Of a DNA stretch of 58,570 bases, positions 24,087 to 37,975 are shown in pieces (position 1 is the stretch's first letter; every line of letters starts with the position of its first letter). The position numbers were made by a program, and so were the translations under genes. The notes under the pieces were generated by a model that made no database searches, had not been told where the DNA came from, and was given only the letters and a program-made list of their open reading frames with translations. Origin of the DNA: Girardia tigrina (taxonomy: Eukaryota); the NCBI GenBank assembly GCA_001938485.1, contig MQRK01172106.1:1-58570 (forward strand). Reading direction: 5' to 3'.

Positions 24087-24689
24087 GTGATTCCTAACGG
24101 GGATCGGTACTGGTAAAAAATAAATAAAGGATTAATAATTTGATAGCCGCTTAGAGATGTGAGTTGTGTTAGGTATGTACCATGGTAGGCAATGTTAAAT
24201 TTTATATTGTTGTATTTTAAAATCGGATATTGAAGTGAATGTTTATGAGAATAGTTAATGAATTTTCAGACATAAATCGTAATAAGAAATGAATATGGAC
24301 ATTCATCAAATAATTGTTCCGATAATTATAGTAAGTCAAAATATACCTGTTGCGAAAAAAAATTGGTTTTAAAAAATGAATACAGATATGAAAATTTGTC
24401 AGAATAGTAATTGAATTGCGATAGTGAATATATCTAGTATTTTAGTTTTTGCGTAATTTGTGTCATTAGATTTCGTGTTTCTTCTTTTCAAGTTAGTAGA
24501 TTTTGTTAATTGAAAATTTTCAAAATGCTTGATAACTTCTAGAATGAGGATTAAACTTCAAATTTTCTTGATTATAATTTTTGGAAATTCGGTTGTGAGA
24601 TTTATGGAATATTTTTGTTAAAAAAAATATTTGATAAAAAAATACTCCGAATTCTGTGAACTGAACTGTTTGCAGAAATCAATGACTAC

Positions 24690-25843
24690 GAATGCTGCTG
24701 AAATCCCGGCCAGATGCTGTCCCAAGCAGCCCATTGGAATTACTTTCATGCATTATTTTCTAAGGCAATGATATATTTCCAAACGTGCGGATTACTTTGC
24801 AAATTATGCTGACAATCTCTGCGTCAATTGCAAGCTACGAGCGTTCATTTAGCAAACTAAAACTCATTATCTTATTTGAGAGCTTCAATGGGACAGGAGC
24901 GTTTGTCTGACTTGATCTTGTTAAGTATAGCTGGTCGAAACAATTAACTTTGATGATGTCATTGAAAACTTTGCAAGTGCAAAATCACGAAAAGTTATTT
25001 TTTAATAAAATGTGACATTCGCTACAGATTTTTTTTAACTTTTTAACATTACAAGTAAATTTTTGAATAGCATACTGATGAGTGTTCTTATGAACGGGTT
25101 TTCGTCGTCAATAAGAATCTGGTCTTATTTTCATGCACTTAAACAAATTTTTGTAAAAATAACGATTTTTATAAAAAAAATTAATCAAATAAAATACAAC
25201 TAGTGTAATTAAACTTTTGTTTTAAGAGATAAAATTTATAAAAATTATTAAACAGTGAGTCATTAAAATGATTATGTTTGTTATTTTCATATAGAACTAT
25301 GTAAATTTATTAATTTTTTACTTCTTCGTTTTTTTATATTTGACGATTCATTATTTATAGCTTTTGCACTTCTTATCCTATACATATGAAGTCATAGTGT
25401 ATAAAAGTAAAGATCAAGACTCTTGATATTTTGAGACAAAATAATAATAATATATTCAAAACAGCAAGTTTTTCTCTTTCAATTGAAAATTTTAATGTAA
25501 GCAACAGTATTATAAAACGAAATTTATGAAACAAAACAGATTCTCTGTTAGAAAAAGTTTGAGTGTAGGATAGGAAGATAACCGTCCAGTTGAAGAGACA
25601 AGATCTGTTATTAAAAACTGTTTTGAAGTTTTAAAACTAAAATCAACAAATATTGATCCAGAAATTTTTTATAATACGCAAGGTCTTATTTTTAGAAAAA
25701 AATTACTCCTAAAAACAGTGTCTCTTCGAATACAGACTCAATCTTATTTTCGAGAAAACCGGTGACATGAATGACATGAATTTTTGGTGGGGGCGCCTAC
25801 AGGTCTTGCTACCCCGGGCGCCAGACACCCTCGGACGCCATTA
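24690..25843 (+). mobile_element. hAT transposon 3' remnant
   Basis: FPNVRITLQIMLTISASIASYERSFSKLK...LRASMGQERLSDL...VIENFASAKSRK* (hAT C-terminal dimerisation domain, ~24775-25005); GC-rich hAT-like terminus at ~25788-25843. Confidence 0.8.
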
Positions 25844-26689
25844 CTCACAGGGATTTAACTTGGGTTTATTTTTCCTTATATTATATTCAATTCACGATCG
25901 TGTAAATAATATCAGTGAAACTTCCTGATATTGAGATGATTGTGACAAACAATAAATATCTTTTATGCATTTGTCTTTAACAAAGGAAAACAATTCAATC
26001 AAAAATAATCATTTTCCATATTTATTATTAACCCTAATTTCCATGAGATGAATCTTCGAAATTCATTTTGAAATTATCTTTTTTAGTTTTTTTATTTTTT
26101 CCACAAATATATTGCAATTTTCAATATTTTTGTATCAATTTAATTTTTCAAATATATGAATTTTATAAATTTTTAGTGTTAATTTTACTATGAGTCTAAA
26201 AGACTCATGGAGGGTGTTACACATGTAAAATGACACAGGTAATTATGGTTAACAATGGTCAAAGAACAGATCGCAATATCAACATCGACATATTTCGCCA
26301 ATATTAAAGCATATATTCATATATCCAGTCCGCAGCTGAAATTATCGAGTATACAATATCCGCAAGATCTTTCTAATTAATAATTTTATATTCACTGTTA
26401 TATCCTAGGGATTTATTCTATTTATCTCGATTTTTTGTTACGATTTTTTGCGTTATAATTGTAACTATAAATTCTATTCTTTTTATTTTATTTTTTAAAA
26501 GTTAGAATTTAAATGACACATCAAATCATTCTCACTATTTACTTTTTGTTAGTTTTTTTAATATTCTACACTTATTATTGCGGATTTTTAGATTAAGATT
26601 TATCTCTAAAATATGACCTCCATCTCTTTCAAATGATATTGAGAGTCTAAGCTTTTTAGAGGGTTCACCTACACCAAAGAATCACTAGC

Positions 26690-27000
26690 AATTCCCCGAT
26701 AGGCCACCTACGGCGTAGGATAGTTTAAGATAGACATTGCTGAAGAGATCCAAACTGAGTATGAGGAATAAGAAAAAAGTTATCAACGCATGCATATTAT
26801 CCGTAGTCTACTACGGCTGTGAAAGCTAGAGAACAGCGGACAAGAACATTAAGAAATTACATGCCCTTCATAACTTATGCACCTGCATAGTTAGAAAGAA
26901 ACAAAATTGAAAAGATCCATATGGATACCCTAGACTTTGGGCTCCCACATACTATGGATATTATCACTGAGGCTTACTTTCCACAGTACGACGGAAACTT
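26690..27000 (+). mobile_element. Non-LTR retrotransposon (RTE-like) RT C-terminal fragment
   Basis: KKKVINACILSVVYYGCES*RT...IKKLHALHN matches the LINE 'LLYGCEsW' region. Confidence 0.65.
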
Positions 27001-27131
27001 CAGAAGAGTACGAGACAGTCTCTAAAATGTAGAATTTTTACACCCGTCGCAATTATATTTATAAACCAAATATATTAAATTCCAAAACATAAACAATAAA
27101 CAATTCCTTAAAATTATTTTTCAAATCAAAA

Positions 27132-27132
<1 letters not shown>

Positions 27133-27169
<37 letters not shown>
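27133..27169. repeat. (TA)n microsatellite
   Basis: Direct observation. Confidence 0.95.
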
Positions 27170-27171
<2 letters not shown>

Positions 27172-28399
27172 TTTCCTATCCTGTTTTTTTTCAATAACCA
27201 GAAAAGTAAAAATATTTACAAAAATACTTTCCAAAACATTTGAAATTTTAGATAGGAAAAATCAACTTTACTTGTTTTTTGTTGTCCAATTTAAAATGAA
27301 AAATTAATTTTAAAAAAATGAAAAATTTTCCAACAAATTCGGTTGTTAGAGAATTAATAAAGGTTAGATTTAAAGCGCGTCACATTTTTCTTTCACTGAT
27401 TGAAAGTAAGAAAATTTAAGTATAATAAATGTGAATCTTGTAGCGCCTTCTTATCACGTTCACAAGTAGTCCGTGCCCGTGGGTTACTTGTACGACTGGC
27501 TGATTTATGTTAGTAATTTATCTGTCTCGGTTGAATTTTATCTGTGAAATTTTACTTTTTTTAAAAAATATAAATCCAAATTTATGTTCGAGTTTTATTC
27601 TTTTTTTTCAAAAAAACCTAAATAAATAATTTTTTCTTTTGAAAAAAATTAAATTAAATTAAAAAAATATTTTCCTATAAAATTCAATTAAATTAATATA
27701 ACATAAGCAAAAAAATTAATTAATTTACGTAAAATATTGAAATATTTTTTTCTAATATTTTTTAAAAGTTTTGATTAAAAAATATTCTTTTCAATAAAAA
27801 ATAGTTAATCTAATTTATTAACTATTGATTTTTTTTCTAATATCAAAAATAATTTCTTTTATAGAAAAACAATTTATCCGAACACGATTTGAAAGATAAT
27901 TTTCACGGAAAAAAACTCATCATCAACGTGAGTCGGTTCAAGTTTCTTCTACTCGCAAATTGCCGGTTCGAAAATTACATTAAAATGACAGCAATTAGAC
28001 CGTGTCAAATGATCGCTCAACTTAATTCGTTTTATTCTAATATATATAATGACTAGATTTTTTCGATTTTTTAATGCTTTATTTTCTATATTTATTTTTA
28101 CTTCTTTCGACCCAAAAAGAACGCTTTTTTAGAATTAAATTTCATCTTTAACCCTTTCGTTTTTTTTAGGCTAGGATAGCGGTCGAATGCTATTCCCCAT
28201 TTTTAATTAACTTTTCATGATTGGTATAAGAAATCTAGTAAAAAACTTTCGGAACTCGCGTAACATATAAAGATCATTTAAAATAGTCCTTTCTCAATTG
28301 GACAGAGAATATTGGAAGTATTGGCTAAAAGTGACAGTGCTAATATTTGTTTCTGACGATACTTCATTGTCTTATATTCATTGCAAGTTATAATATAAA

Positions 28400-28798
28400 T
28401 ATTTAGAATCAATATACATTATTCGTATTAACAATATCAATATGATTTTTCATACATTTATTAACATCACACTCAGAATTGTCATGACAACAATTATTCA
28501 AAAGGCTTTCGCTATTCGACATTTTTCTTGATTAATATATTTCTGAATTCATACTTATTTTTCACTAAATGAAAAAGATTTATTAATAATTATTAATTAT
28601 AGAGATTCTAATTGGTTAAAATTCAATCTAAACATTTTATAAAAAGTACATATTAAACTAATATATTAAAATTATAAATTACATTAAAAATTAAATATTA
28701 CATTCGAAAATTATTTTAAATCTATTTATTTTAAAATTAAATTATTTTTAATTATTAGGAATCAAAGAAAATACCAATCAGCCACCTGGTAGGAGAGG
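28400..28798 (+). repeat. ~390-bp dispersed repeat, second copy at ~56865-57245
   Basis: Colinear high-identity match, e.g. TTGTCATGACAACAAT and GATTCTAATTGGTTAAAATT...AATCTAAACATTTTATAAAAAGTA. Confidence 0.85.
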
Positions 28799-28883
28799 CA
28801 CAATCCGAATCAACATTCTACATGTACAATATCAAAAAACAATTCGTATACTAATACGTATCAAAATGATTAAATTTTTAACA

Positions 28884-29367
28884 CCGTGTTTCTCCAAATA
28901 TAAGACATCCATCCAAATAAAGACGTTTTTTGGGAATATTAATATAAGACCTAGTATTTTCTTAAAAAAATTTATTTGATAATTTCAAAAATAAAAAAAA
29001 TATGTAAATTTTAAAAATTGTTATACAGAATTTGTTTTTAAAAGTAATTTTAAATTAATCATTTTTCATCCTTTCATGAACCAAAACAGAAAAAGTTACA
29101 CAAAATGGATGTCGTTGAGGAGTCTCACGACAGAAATTCAACGGAATATTGTAAGGAAAAGTATGAAACAATTCTTCAGCAAAATTTTCTTGGTCTTTAT
29201 AATAGAAGAAAAATAGGATCAGGGAAAAAAGTCCGTTTTAATGATTTAGAAGAAGAATTTTTTCTATTTTTATTTCATATTTCAAAAATAATTCTAATAT
29301 TAGATCTACTGGTAATTTTTCCATCAAAATTAATAAAAGACAGTGTCTTATATTTCGAGAAACACAG
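28884..29367. mobile_element. pogo-like MITE
   Basis: 24-bp TIRs CCGTGTTTCTCCAAATATAAGACA and TGTCTTATATTTCGAGAAACACAG; TA on the right flank. A related decayed copy lies at ~25093-25763. Confidence 0.75.
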
Positions 29368-29939
29368 TAGTACAGTATAATCACTAAAATATTCACGCAA
29401 CTATTATTCCAATACCTCTTAAGGATGATAATACGTCTTAAGAATCAATTAGAACAGATGTGACCAAAATTGATCAGAGAATTGAAGATTAAAAATTCCG
29501 TTGTGAATGGGTTTAATATATAATAAAATTAATATAATCCCAAATAATCAATCCAGATCATTTGCCTGGAATTACTGTTGAATTATTTGTCACAGAAAAG
29601 CAAATAATAAGCTTTATAACACAAATAATATAATGAAAAGAACAAATAAATCAATTTATTACAAGACTTAAATCACAAATCTCTGGCCAAGTACCTCACA
29701 AAAGCTTCAGTTAAATATTGATAAGTTAAATAATGATAATAAGAAAAGTTATTATTTACACAAAAATCACACATAATATAAATCAAGAAATTGAAAATAT
29801 TTTCATTATATATAATTATTAATATTATTCGTAGTGAAATAGAAAAATCAGACAATAAAATAAGAAATACTTTTCCGGATTTTACAAGAGTATATTTTTT
29901 TGTTTTTGTATAAAAATCGCTATATATATAAATGTATAA

Positions 29940-29946
<7 letters not shown>

Positions 29947-29991
<45 letters not shown>
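29947..29991. repeat. (TA)n microsatellite in presumed 3' UTR
   Basis: Direct observation. Confidence 0.95.
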
Positions 29992-29995
<4 letters not shown>

Positions 29996-30344
29996 TATTA
30001 ATAAAATAAATTATGATTCAATGAAAAAAGAAACTTTCATTCCAGAGCGATAAATTATCGTGACGATGATAAAAATCTAACAAAAATTCACTTAATTTTA
30101 TTGTTCAAATTGATAAAAATCCAGACCGGTTCGCGTAACATCTGAAAATCGATATATTTACATATTGATTCATCGTTGCTTTTGTTATCACCATTATCAT
30201 CATCAACGTCCTCATCGAAGACTTTGCTTTTAACGGATCGATAATGTAGCGAGCGAGTGAGAGAGAGAAGAGAAATAAATGCGTCAAGGAAAAACTGAGT
30301 TGCAAAACATAAACAAATATATTATTTATTTATTTATTTAAGAT

Positions 30345-30891
30345 TCAAACGATTGGGGTTTCTCCGAGATATCCGCAATTCCTAAACGGATTTATGTTGG
30401 TAGAATTGAGCTGGGCTGTTGGGGGATTGTCGTAACAATGATTTAACTGATTCTCATAATAATTCCCATTTGGTGGAGGAGGAAAGAAATCTTTTGGATT
30501 ATTCGACGGGAAATAGTTGTGCTGATTGCAGATCAATCCACAATGTTGATCTTGGACTTGATGATCCTCGGCACATGTGTCATATGTGGCGTCTTCGTCG
30601 GTATAGTTCGATTGGGAGAAATATGAAGGAGTCATTTGTAGAAAATTATTCATAGTTGTTTGTGGTGCGAGAGAAGAAGAAGTTTGCCAGTCGTCATTCA
30701 CAGAATTTGAATGAGCTGATGTGTTACAATCGTTACTTTGGTCTTCTTCTTCATCATCATCATCGTCTTCTTCGTTTTCTGATTTCTCGGCTTCTTCGTC
30801 TTCTTCTAAAAGACTTGTAGAATCATCATTTTGACCTGATCTTGTCATTGATTCATATTTGTTATAGTCCCGAGTAGAATTACCCGACAAT
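30345..30891 (-). CDS. Terminal coding exon of host gene (acidic/Pro-rich tail)
   Basis: Long open frame ending GYLGETPIV*; AG acceptor at 30893-30892; contains a poly-E/D tract and DFFPPPP. Confidence 0.85.
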
Positions 30892-30948
30892 CTTAATGCA
30901 TGTCAAATATTAAAAAGTATATTTATTATCGTAACAAAATATACATAC

Positions 30949-31207
30949 ATAGCACTACTGCTGGAGCCATTTCCATTCGATATGTGGCTAGAAACCATTG
31001 ACATTAAATCTAAAGGATATCCATTTGTTCCCACAGGAGCAGTTCCATTTCCATTGGATCCTGGTAGATAAGGGTCATCGGATAAGTGCGTCATAGATAG
31101 CATATCATGAGGTGGTGGCAGAGCAAAACTGGATGCAATAGAAATAGTGTCAGAATGGCGTCCCATTGAAACCATATTGAATGGTGTGCATGAATAATCT
31201 ATGTACC
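30949..31207 (-). CDS. Penultimate coding exon of host gene
   Basis: TAG acceptor at 31210-31208 and GTATGT donor at 30948; a 57-nt intron joins it in frame (..SSA-I-LSGN..) to the last exon. Confidence 0.85.
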
Positions 31208-31409
31208 CTATTATACATGAAAACATGAATCAATTATATCAAAGAACAGTAATCAAAGAAATATACTCAATTAATGCTTTAAGACAATATTTTTGAAAAA
31301 TTTAAATAATATGCAGATGTTAAAATTCCTTAAAATTTTATTATTGAAATAATTTTGAAATATTTTTTTCAAGAAATTAAAAAATACCGTTTTACAACTT
31401 AATATTTTA

Positions 31410-31442
31410 TATTTTGACGGAATATCCGTCATCATCAGACAC
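31410..31442 (-). ncRNA. Minimal hammerhead ribozyme (core mutated), Penelope-associated
   Basis: Minus strand CTGATGA-TGACGGA-TAT-TCCGTC-AAAA; GAAA is changed to AAAA; lies just downstream of a Penelope ORF end. Confidence 0.6.
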
Positions 31443-31484
31443 TTTTGATCGTACATATTAAGCATATATTACGCAATTACTGCT

Positions 31485-31625
31485 TTATGAAGAAACTTTT
31501 AACAAAGTTGATGAGTCACTTGATTGAACATTAATTGCTGGATTAACCGATTTAATTATCAATGCCTCACACGAGACTCTTTCCCAATAATTTTTAAAAT
31601 TGACCCATAATACTTTGAAACTATT
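31485..31625 (-). mobile_element. Penelope-like element ORF C-terminal remnant
   Basis: NYWERVSCEALIIKSVNPAINVQ is nearly the same as the GIY-YIG C-terminus at 44720-44830. Confidence 0.8.
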
Positions 31626-34049
31626 TATTTCAACAGTAGTTTTACAGTTTTTTATGTTCAGTAATCTACATATTGTTAAAAAAAATACTATTTTGATATT
31701 TTGCATTTTGGCTTAAATTGTCAAAAAATGGTATTGGGTAAATAAAATACAATTCATTTATTTAACCATATATTGTCCACTTTAATTAACTTTTCATGTG
31801 ATTTTTTTTCAGATAATTGAAAGATTCAAATTATTATGGAACTTACCATCTTTTTTAAAGAACATCATTTTGCAGTTATACAGAGCATCAAAATTTCTAC
31901 CATTAAGTTACTATTTCAAGGATCTAAACAAATGGAATTCTAACAATGTAATATCATAGGTGAATATGGAGGATGGATTAGAACTTCTCAAATCATGTAG
32001 TCATGCGTTGTCCCCTCTGTTTATTCTAACTAGTTCCGGCCGGTCTTCAATATCTGCTTTAGCTGGTCTAACTCAACTTCTTAAAATTAATTGCTTTGTT
32101 CGAAGGAATGCACTCAAAATAAAGTTATAATTTCTAATAATTTTTAATCTTCCTGGAATGTAAACCAAATTTTTGAGTGATTAATGGAAAGGAAGTAAGG
32201 TTCTTTGCTTCAAATTGTTAAACATTACCCATTTTTAATTATCTATGACAATTCTCTTAAAAATAATTCGTCGTTATTTGGTTAGTAACGAACTTATTAG
32301 GGTGACTTTAGCATTTGTCATTAGTTAGATTTAAATATTTGCCATGAAAAAATTTGAAGTTCTCACACGTTACCTTCACTATCGTCAAGTACATCAGAAA
32401 TCTTTTCGTTGCTTGATCTGTACTTTACAATTACCCATAAGTTGAATTTTCGATAACTTAGTTTTTTTTCATTTTCGAAGAAATTTTAGTGACACTTATC
32501 AAAACTTTCAGAATAAGTATATTTTTAGGTAGAAATGTCTTTTCCACCATCATGTGAAAAAAATGCGATTTTATTTATATGTAACGATGTTGCTTATGGT
32601 CTCTAGCATGGAATTAATAACATTATCACTAAAAGTCCTTGACTATTGCTTGTAGAAGAGCCATGCCGAATACAGGTGTACTGATCAACACCCTCCAGGT
32701 AGGGTGTATTGGAACTTGACCAAAGCGCAGTACAAGTATTTTGATAAGTCTAAACATTCCGCCAAAGACTATTAGAAATATTGCGATAGCGTGCTCGATA
32801 TCCAATGTCAAATATTCTTCGGTGCAATTGGCATTTCATAGAGATGGAAGATTCCCAGGGATCCATATACTTAAACGGAACGAGATGGTATCCATGGACT
32901 CCATACTGACCATGGAAGAACCAGACAGTATGGAGGAGCCTAAAATGGAAACAGGTGCAGAAGATTTCAATCCGGCAGTCCTCGATGAGTTACTCAAATC
33001 ATACGTACATAGAATTGAGCAACTTGACGATGAGAACAAGTACCCATCCTCTAATGAAGAAATATCAGAACATGAGGAATAGACTGTAAGGTATATAAGA
33101 AGGCGGAAACGATCCCCCAATCTAGTGGTGCCGGGCAGGCTGCACAAAAGGAACCCCGGTAAAAACCATGACACAGCTCACCAGAAATGTGAATTTATAT
33201 AGGACTAAATGGATACTTTTTCCCACTGATAAAAAAAACAGTGTGTTTTGACGCCCTATTTGAAAACAAACTTTTTAAGGAATTATTACTGGCACAAAAT
33301 TATTCCCTTTGGTTATTATGATGAATTGTCTCAGGAAACTAACATTGAACATTAAATTATTCAGAAAACACCGCTTTGAAGTTCGTATGGATAAGATAAA
33401 TCAGGATAAAAATTTTAAAAATATTTTATCATTAGATTCCACTAAACAGTATGACGAAACTGGTCTTGAAAACATGGTAAATGTTGTCTCTATCAGCCCA
33501 TTCATTATCTTCGTATTATAATGATCAATGGAGCCAGCCAACATAAAGATAAGTTCAAAGTAATACGAGTATATCAGCCGGTTGATACATTAAGACACTT
33601 TTCTACTATTTGCCGCTGTCGTTGGTCTAAAGACCAGAAATAGGAATCCATCCCACTCGATTCTTCGACAAATTCCTACTTAAGTCCTGAATATCGGTTT
33701 TAAATTAAATTATTTTATTAAACTTTTTCCATTAATTTACAAATTATTTTTGAAAGAAAATAATTTCATCTCGTAATTTTTTAAATCATTCGTTTAGTTT
33801 GATATGGAAAGGGAAAACAACATTCGCAAATTACTAAATGAAATATCAATGTCACATTTAATTATCACAAATGACATATTTTTACAAATATATTCAACAT
33901 TTGTCTTGATATGGTTAGCCGCTTTTAAAGGAATTCCAACACTTGTATTTCGAAGTGTAATATTTTCAATACGAAAACTTGCATTATTGGTAGAAATGAA
34001 CAAAAGGTTTCGTTATTTATGTTTAATGGTAGCAAAATAAAAACTGACA

Positions 34050-34449
34050 GATCAAACAAGACGTGATTAAAGTTGCAAAGGTTCTTCAGCAGCGAATGGT
34101 GGCGAGACACTGAATCAGATTCCAAAGACCAGAGATAAAACTGTCAATTATGGCACGATGGGATTCACTTTATCAGTCTAGAATTACTGACGAATTCGGG
34201 CAGAAATGAAAGCAAACTAATCTGCTAGAGACCAGTAAATAATCTAATGTTGTATGTATTCATTTTAGAGAACATTAATCTCTGCTTGCAAGAGATGTCG
34301 ATGATTAATCTATTGATCTAGTCAAGTTGCTTATAACTATTGTGTCGTTGATTTTGTCAAGAAACTAAACCAAAACTGCTTAGGGTATGACGCCACAGAA
34401 GCTGAATTCATAATTTAAGTAGCAATAAATAAAACAAATTATTATTACA
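34050..34449 (+). mobile_element. Possible LTR fragment
   Basis: Higher-GC non-coding block ending in AATAAA...TTATTACA, as in LTR 3' ends; no partner LTR seen. Confidence 0.25.
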
Positions 34450-34594
34450 GTGTCCAAAATTAAGAAAGTTGGAATAGAATTTGAAATTTTGATTATCAAT
34501 AAACTTGTGATTCTCTTTTTCATTTAATATTGTCTAAAATATTAAAATTTAATTAAATAATAAACAATTGAAATATCGTTAGAGTTTTACAATA

Positions 34595-35342
34595 CACCTA
34601 TCCCCCGATTTGCACGGTAGATACGGTCCTGAGAAAACCGTGTAAATCGAAAAGCTTACAGAAAATGCAAAATTTTGCTATTTAACAGTTGTGATTTTTT
34701 TCAATATTTTTAGGTGTACACAGAAATAAAAATAAAATGCATTGACAGGTTAAAATATGTAATATATTACGGAAACACTGTTTTTTTTATTTAATTACAA
34801 TACATTAAACAGAAGAACAAAAAATAAAACCAAAGGTGTTTTATTATCCTTCATCACTGTCAGAAATTACTCTAATTCTTTTTTTCGGAATCGAAGGTTC
34901 GAATTCACTTCCATCACTCGAAGTTATTTGTGCCGATTCGATGTTTGAAGCAGAAATATTTACATTATGAGAAATGGCAATAAAATCAGTTATTAACAAT
35001 TGCTTCGAATTTTTTGTAAGATCTTTGTAAACTTCTTCATATTGAGCCAAGCAGCGATTTTATGGAAATTTTAATGTGTTATTATGTAAAGTAAGAATTA
35101 TTTTTTTATGTTATATAAAATTTTTTTATATTTCAATAATATGTATATTAATTTTTTAAGAGATTTTAACATTTAAATTACAAGAAGACCTTTTTAAAAT
35201 AACATTTATTCCAAAACATCTTGCTTTAGAAGCGACTCCGGAAAAAAGTCTTTATGTGCTTGAAATACTTCGATAGATTCGAGTACACCGTGTAAAAGCG
35301 AAAACGTGTAAAACAAGTACCGTGTAAATCGGGGGGTAGGTG
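34595..35342 (-). mobile_element. Internally deleted pogo/Tigger-like transposon
   Basis: TIRs CACCTATCCCCCGATTTGCACGGTA and TACCGTGTAAATCGGGGGGTAGGTG with TA on both flanks; internal YEEVYKDLTKNSKQLLITDF resembles a Tigger C-terminus. Confidence 0.85.
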
Positions 35343-37173
35343 TATGTATTTGAATGCAGTTTTTGTATCTTTGACACATGGCTAAGTACACTACAACCCT
35401 CAGGAACAATATGACATATATGGTGTCTTTTATACTGCCTACAGCGTTCAAATATAGACATGGTCTTGGGAATTTGTCAGTGAAGGTTTACAATTGTAAA
35501 AAATTGATATCATATAATTTTTTTAATTGTGTTGGTACAGTTGTTATTACTAACATAATACAAAAAATAAACCCATACATAATACGTGAAATGTGAGTAA
35601 CTAATATATACATTAAAGCGACTTTCCCATCAGAATGTTTGCAAATGTCGCCTTTGAAAATAGCATTTATCTTTGCAGAAAATTATATTTTCTTTCATTC
35701 AACAGCTTGTTCGTTGCTCTGTTGTTTGCAAACCAAGAAGCTGGACAATAAAGGCATTACCAGACTTCATTGTCTGTCGTTCCAATGAATTTATTTTCAA
35801 TAGTTTTAACACTAAACAAAAACTATTTGTACATATAGATATGTATAGCGGGGGTAAAGTTATAAAAAATCCTCAACATTTTAACAACTGGACAATTAAA
35901 AAGTATATAAGACTTTCATTCTATGGGGGGTTAATTTAAATTTTTTATCTCGCTTGAATAATTTATTATTTTTTAATTTAAAGGGTAAAATATTTTTATG
36001 TTAATATGCTTATTCCATATTTTAAAATTAAAAATGATATAATAAAACAACTATTAAAAAAGCAAAAACGTTTTTAAAAATAAAATATTTTTAATGTGTT
36101 TTTAAATATTAAAAAAAAAATTAAAAATGATATAATAAAAGAAAATCATAAAAAATAAAATATCTATTTAAAAATAAAAAATGTCTTTAATGTATCTATT
36201 AAATATCTTAAAATTAAAAATGTCAAGAAAACAAAAATATTAAATATTTATTTATAAATAAAAATATTTTTAATAAGCAATTTTAAATAAACTTTGAAAT
36301 AAATTTTGAAAATAAAGTTTAAATAAATGAATGAATTTGAAATGAATTCTCGAAATAAATTTTCAGGATTTTAAAAATTAAATGGAAAAGAATTTAATAG
36401 ATTAATTTGTGGCGAGGTAATTAAATTAACAGGAAAATTTGTTTTAAATATGTGAATTGTGATATAAATAAAATTTTGGTGTTAAAAAATGAATCCTGAT
36501 ATAGAGGTTGCAACCACTTCTCACACATTCAATAATAGAAAACACTGAGCTTAAGACATTTTAACACTAATTTACCCTTGCTTAAATGATTTTTTATAAT
36601 TATATGACATTGATAATAAAAATTAAATAAACTGTAATAATTCACAGAAAGTGATAAAATAAAATTTGCTAAATTTACTGAATATTCGTTGATTTTATCT
36701 AGTACCGAGGTTAGGAAATAAAGATATAATCATCTTAATATTTATTAATTTATTCACTTGTCATATTTCAAGCCAGATTCGATGTTAACATCGAACAACT
36801 GATATGTACAGACGGACTGTTGAACCGATCAGAATTAGCCGCACTTTTCACTGTTCATTAATTAATTCTTTAACTTACACGGATCATTAAATATTAAAAA
36901 GAAAATTTCAGGAAGTTATTGATTGTAATTTTCGTCCTTATCTTGAAAATAAATCACTGGGACATTTGTAGGTCTAATTCAGACAAAATAATGCATTTAG
37001 TTATCAAAAAAACAATTAACTGAAAAACATTTTCTTTCAAGATTTTATATTGAAATAAAGGGAAAGTGGTTTGTTGAACCCCATGGAGAGGTTTCTGTGG
37101 AGACTAAAGGATTTTTAGATGAGAACTTCAAAAAGCCTCTAAATTGCTATGATGACATTTATTTTATACACAA

Positions 37174-37975
37174 CTTCTTCTTCTTTTTAACCTTAGCCGT
37201 TGGGCCTTGGGTGCACCCGATTATAAACAAGCCTTCGCCACATCTCTCTATTTGTAGCCTTTTTTCTCAGACATTTCATACTCAATCCAATCCATTCTTT
37301 TAAATCATCTGTCCATTGCCACTTTGATCTTCCTCGTGGTCTTTCTCCTTCCACTCTTCCTTCAATCATAACCTTTGCTAGTGCTTGTTTTCTAATTTCA
37401 TTTCCATAGAATTTCAGCTTCCTTCTCTTAGTGGTCTCTTCTATTGATTCCGGTCTTTCACTTAGTACTTCTGTCACTCTCCTGCAGACAAAGTCGTTTG
37501 TCTTCTTTTCTTTCCACGGAATGTTCAGCATTCTCCAGTAGCACTTCATTTCAAGCGCTTTAAGTCTATCCATGCTCTTCTGATTTATTGTCAAACTCTC
37601 GCATCCATAGATTGTTGCCCAGACAACAGCCTTAGTGATCTTAAATCTACTCTAGAGATGGATTTCTTTGAGATTAAAAAATGATCTAAGCTTAATCATT
37701 GCACTAAATTGCAGTACCAATTCGGCTTCTGATTTCTTCTTCGCTTCCCCCATTCTCTGTGATAGTAGAGCCTTAGTATTTGAAATTCTTAACTTGTTCC
37801 AGCTTCTCTCCTTCAATGTCGATTTCCAGTTTAATCTCTAAACCATTATTTTGCTTTTTTGTCTCTTGATTTCCATTCCGAATTCGTTGTGATGCTTTGT
37901 TCAATCTATTCGTAAGTTTCTGAATCTCTGCCTCATCTTTGTCGATTAGCTCTATGTCGTCAGTATACATAATAC
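37174..37975 (-). mobile_element. 5'-truncated RTE-like LINE
   Basis: YTDD, LEQVKNFKY(LG), YGCESLT and MIEGRVEGERPRGRSKWQWTDDL motifs; short (GAA)n-type 3' tail at ~37174-37185. Confidence 0.9.
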
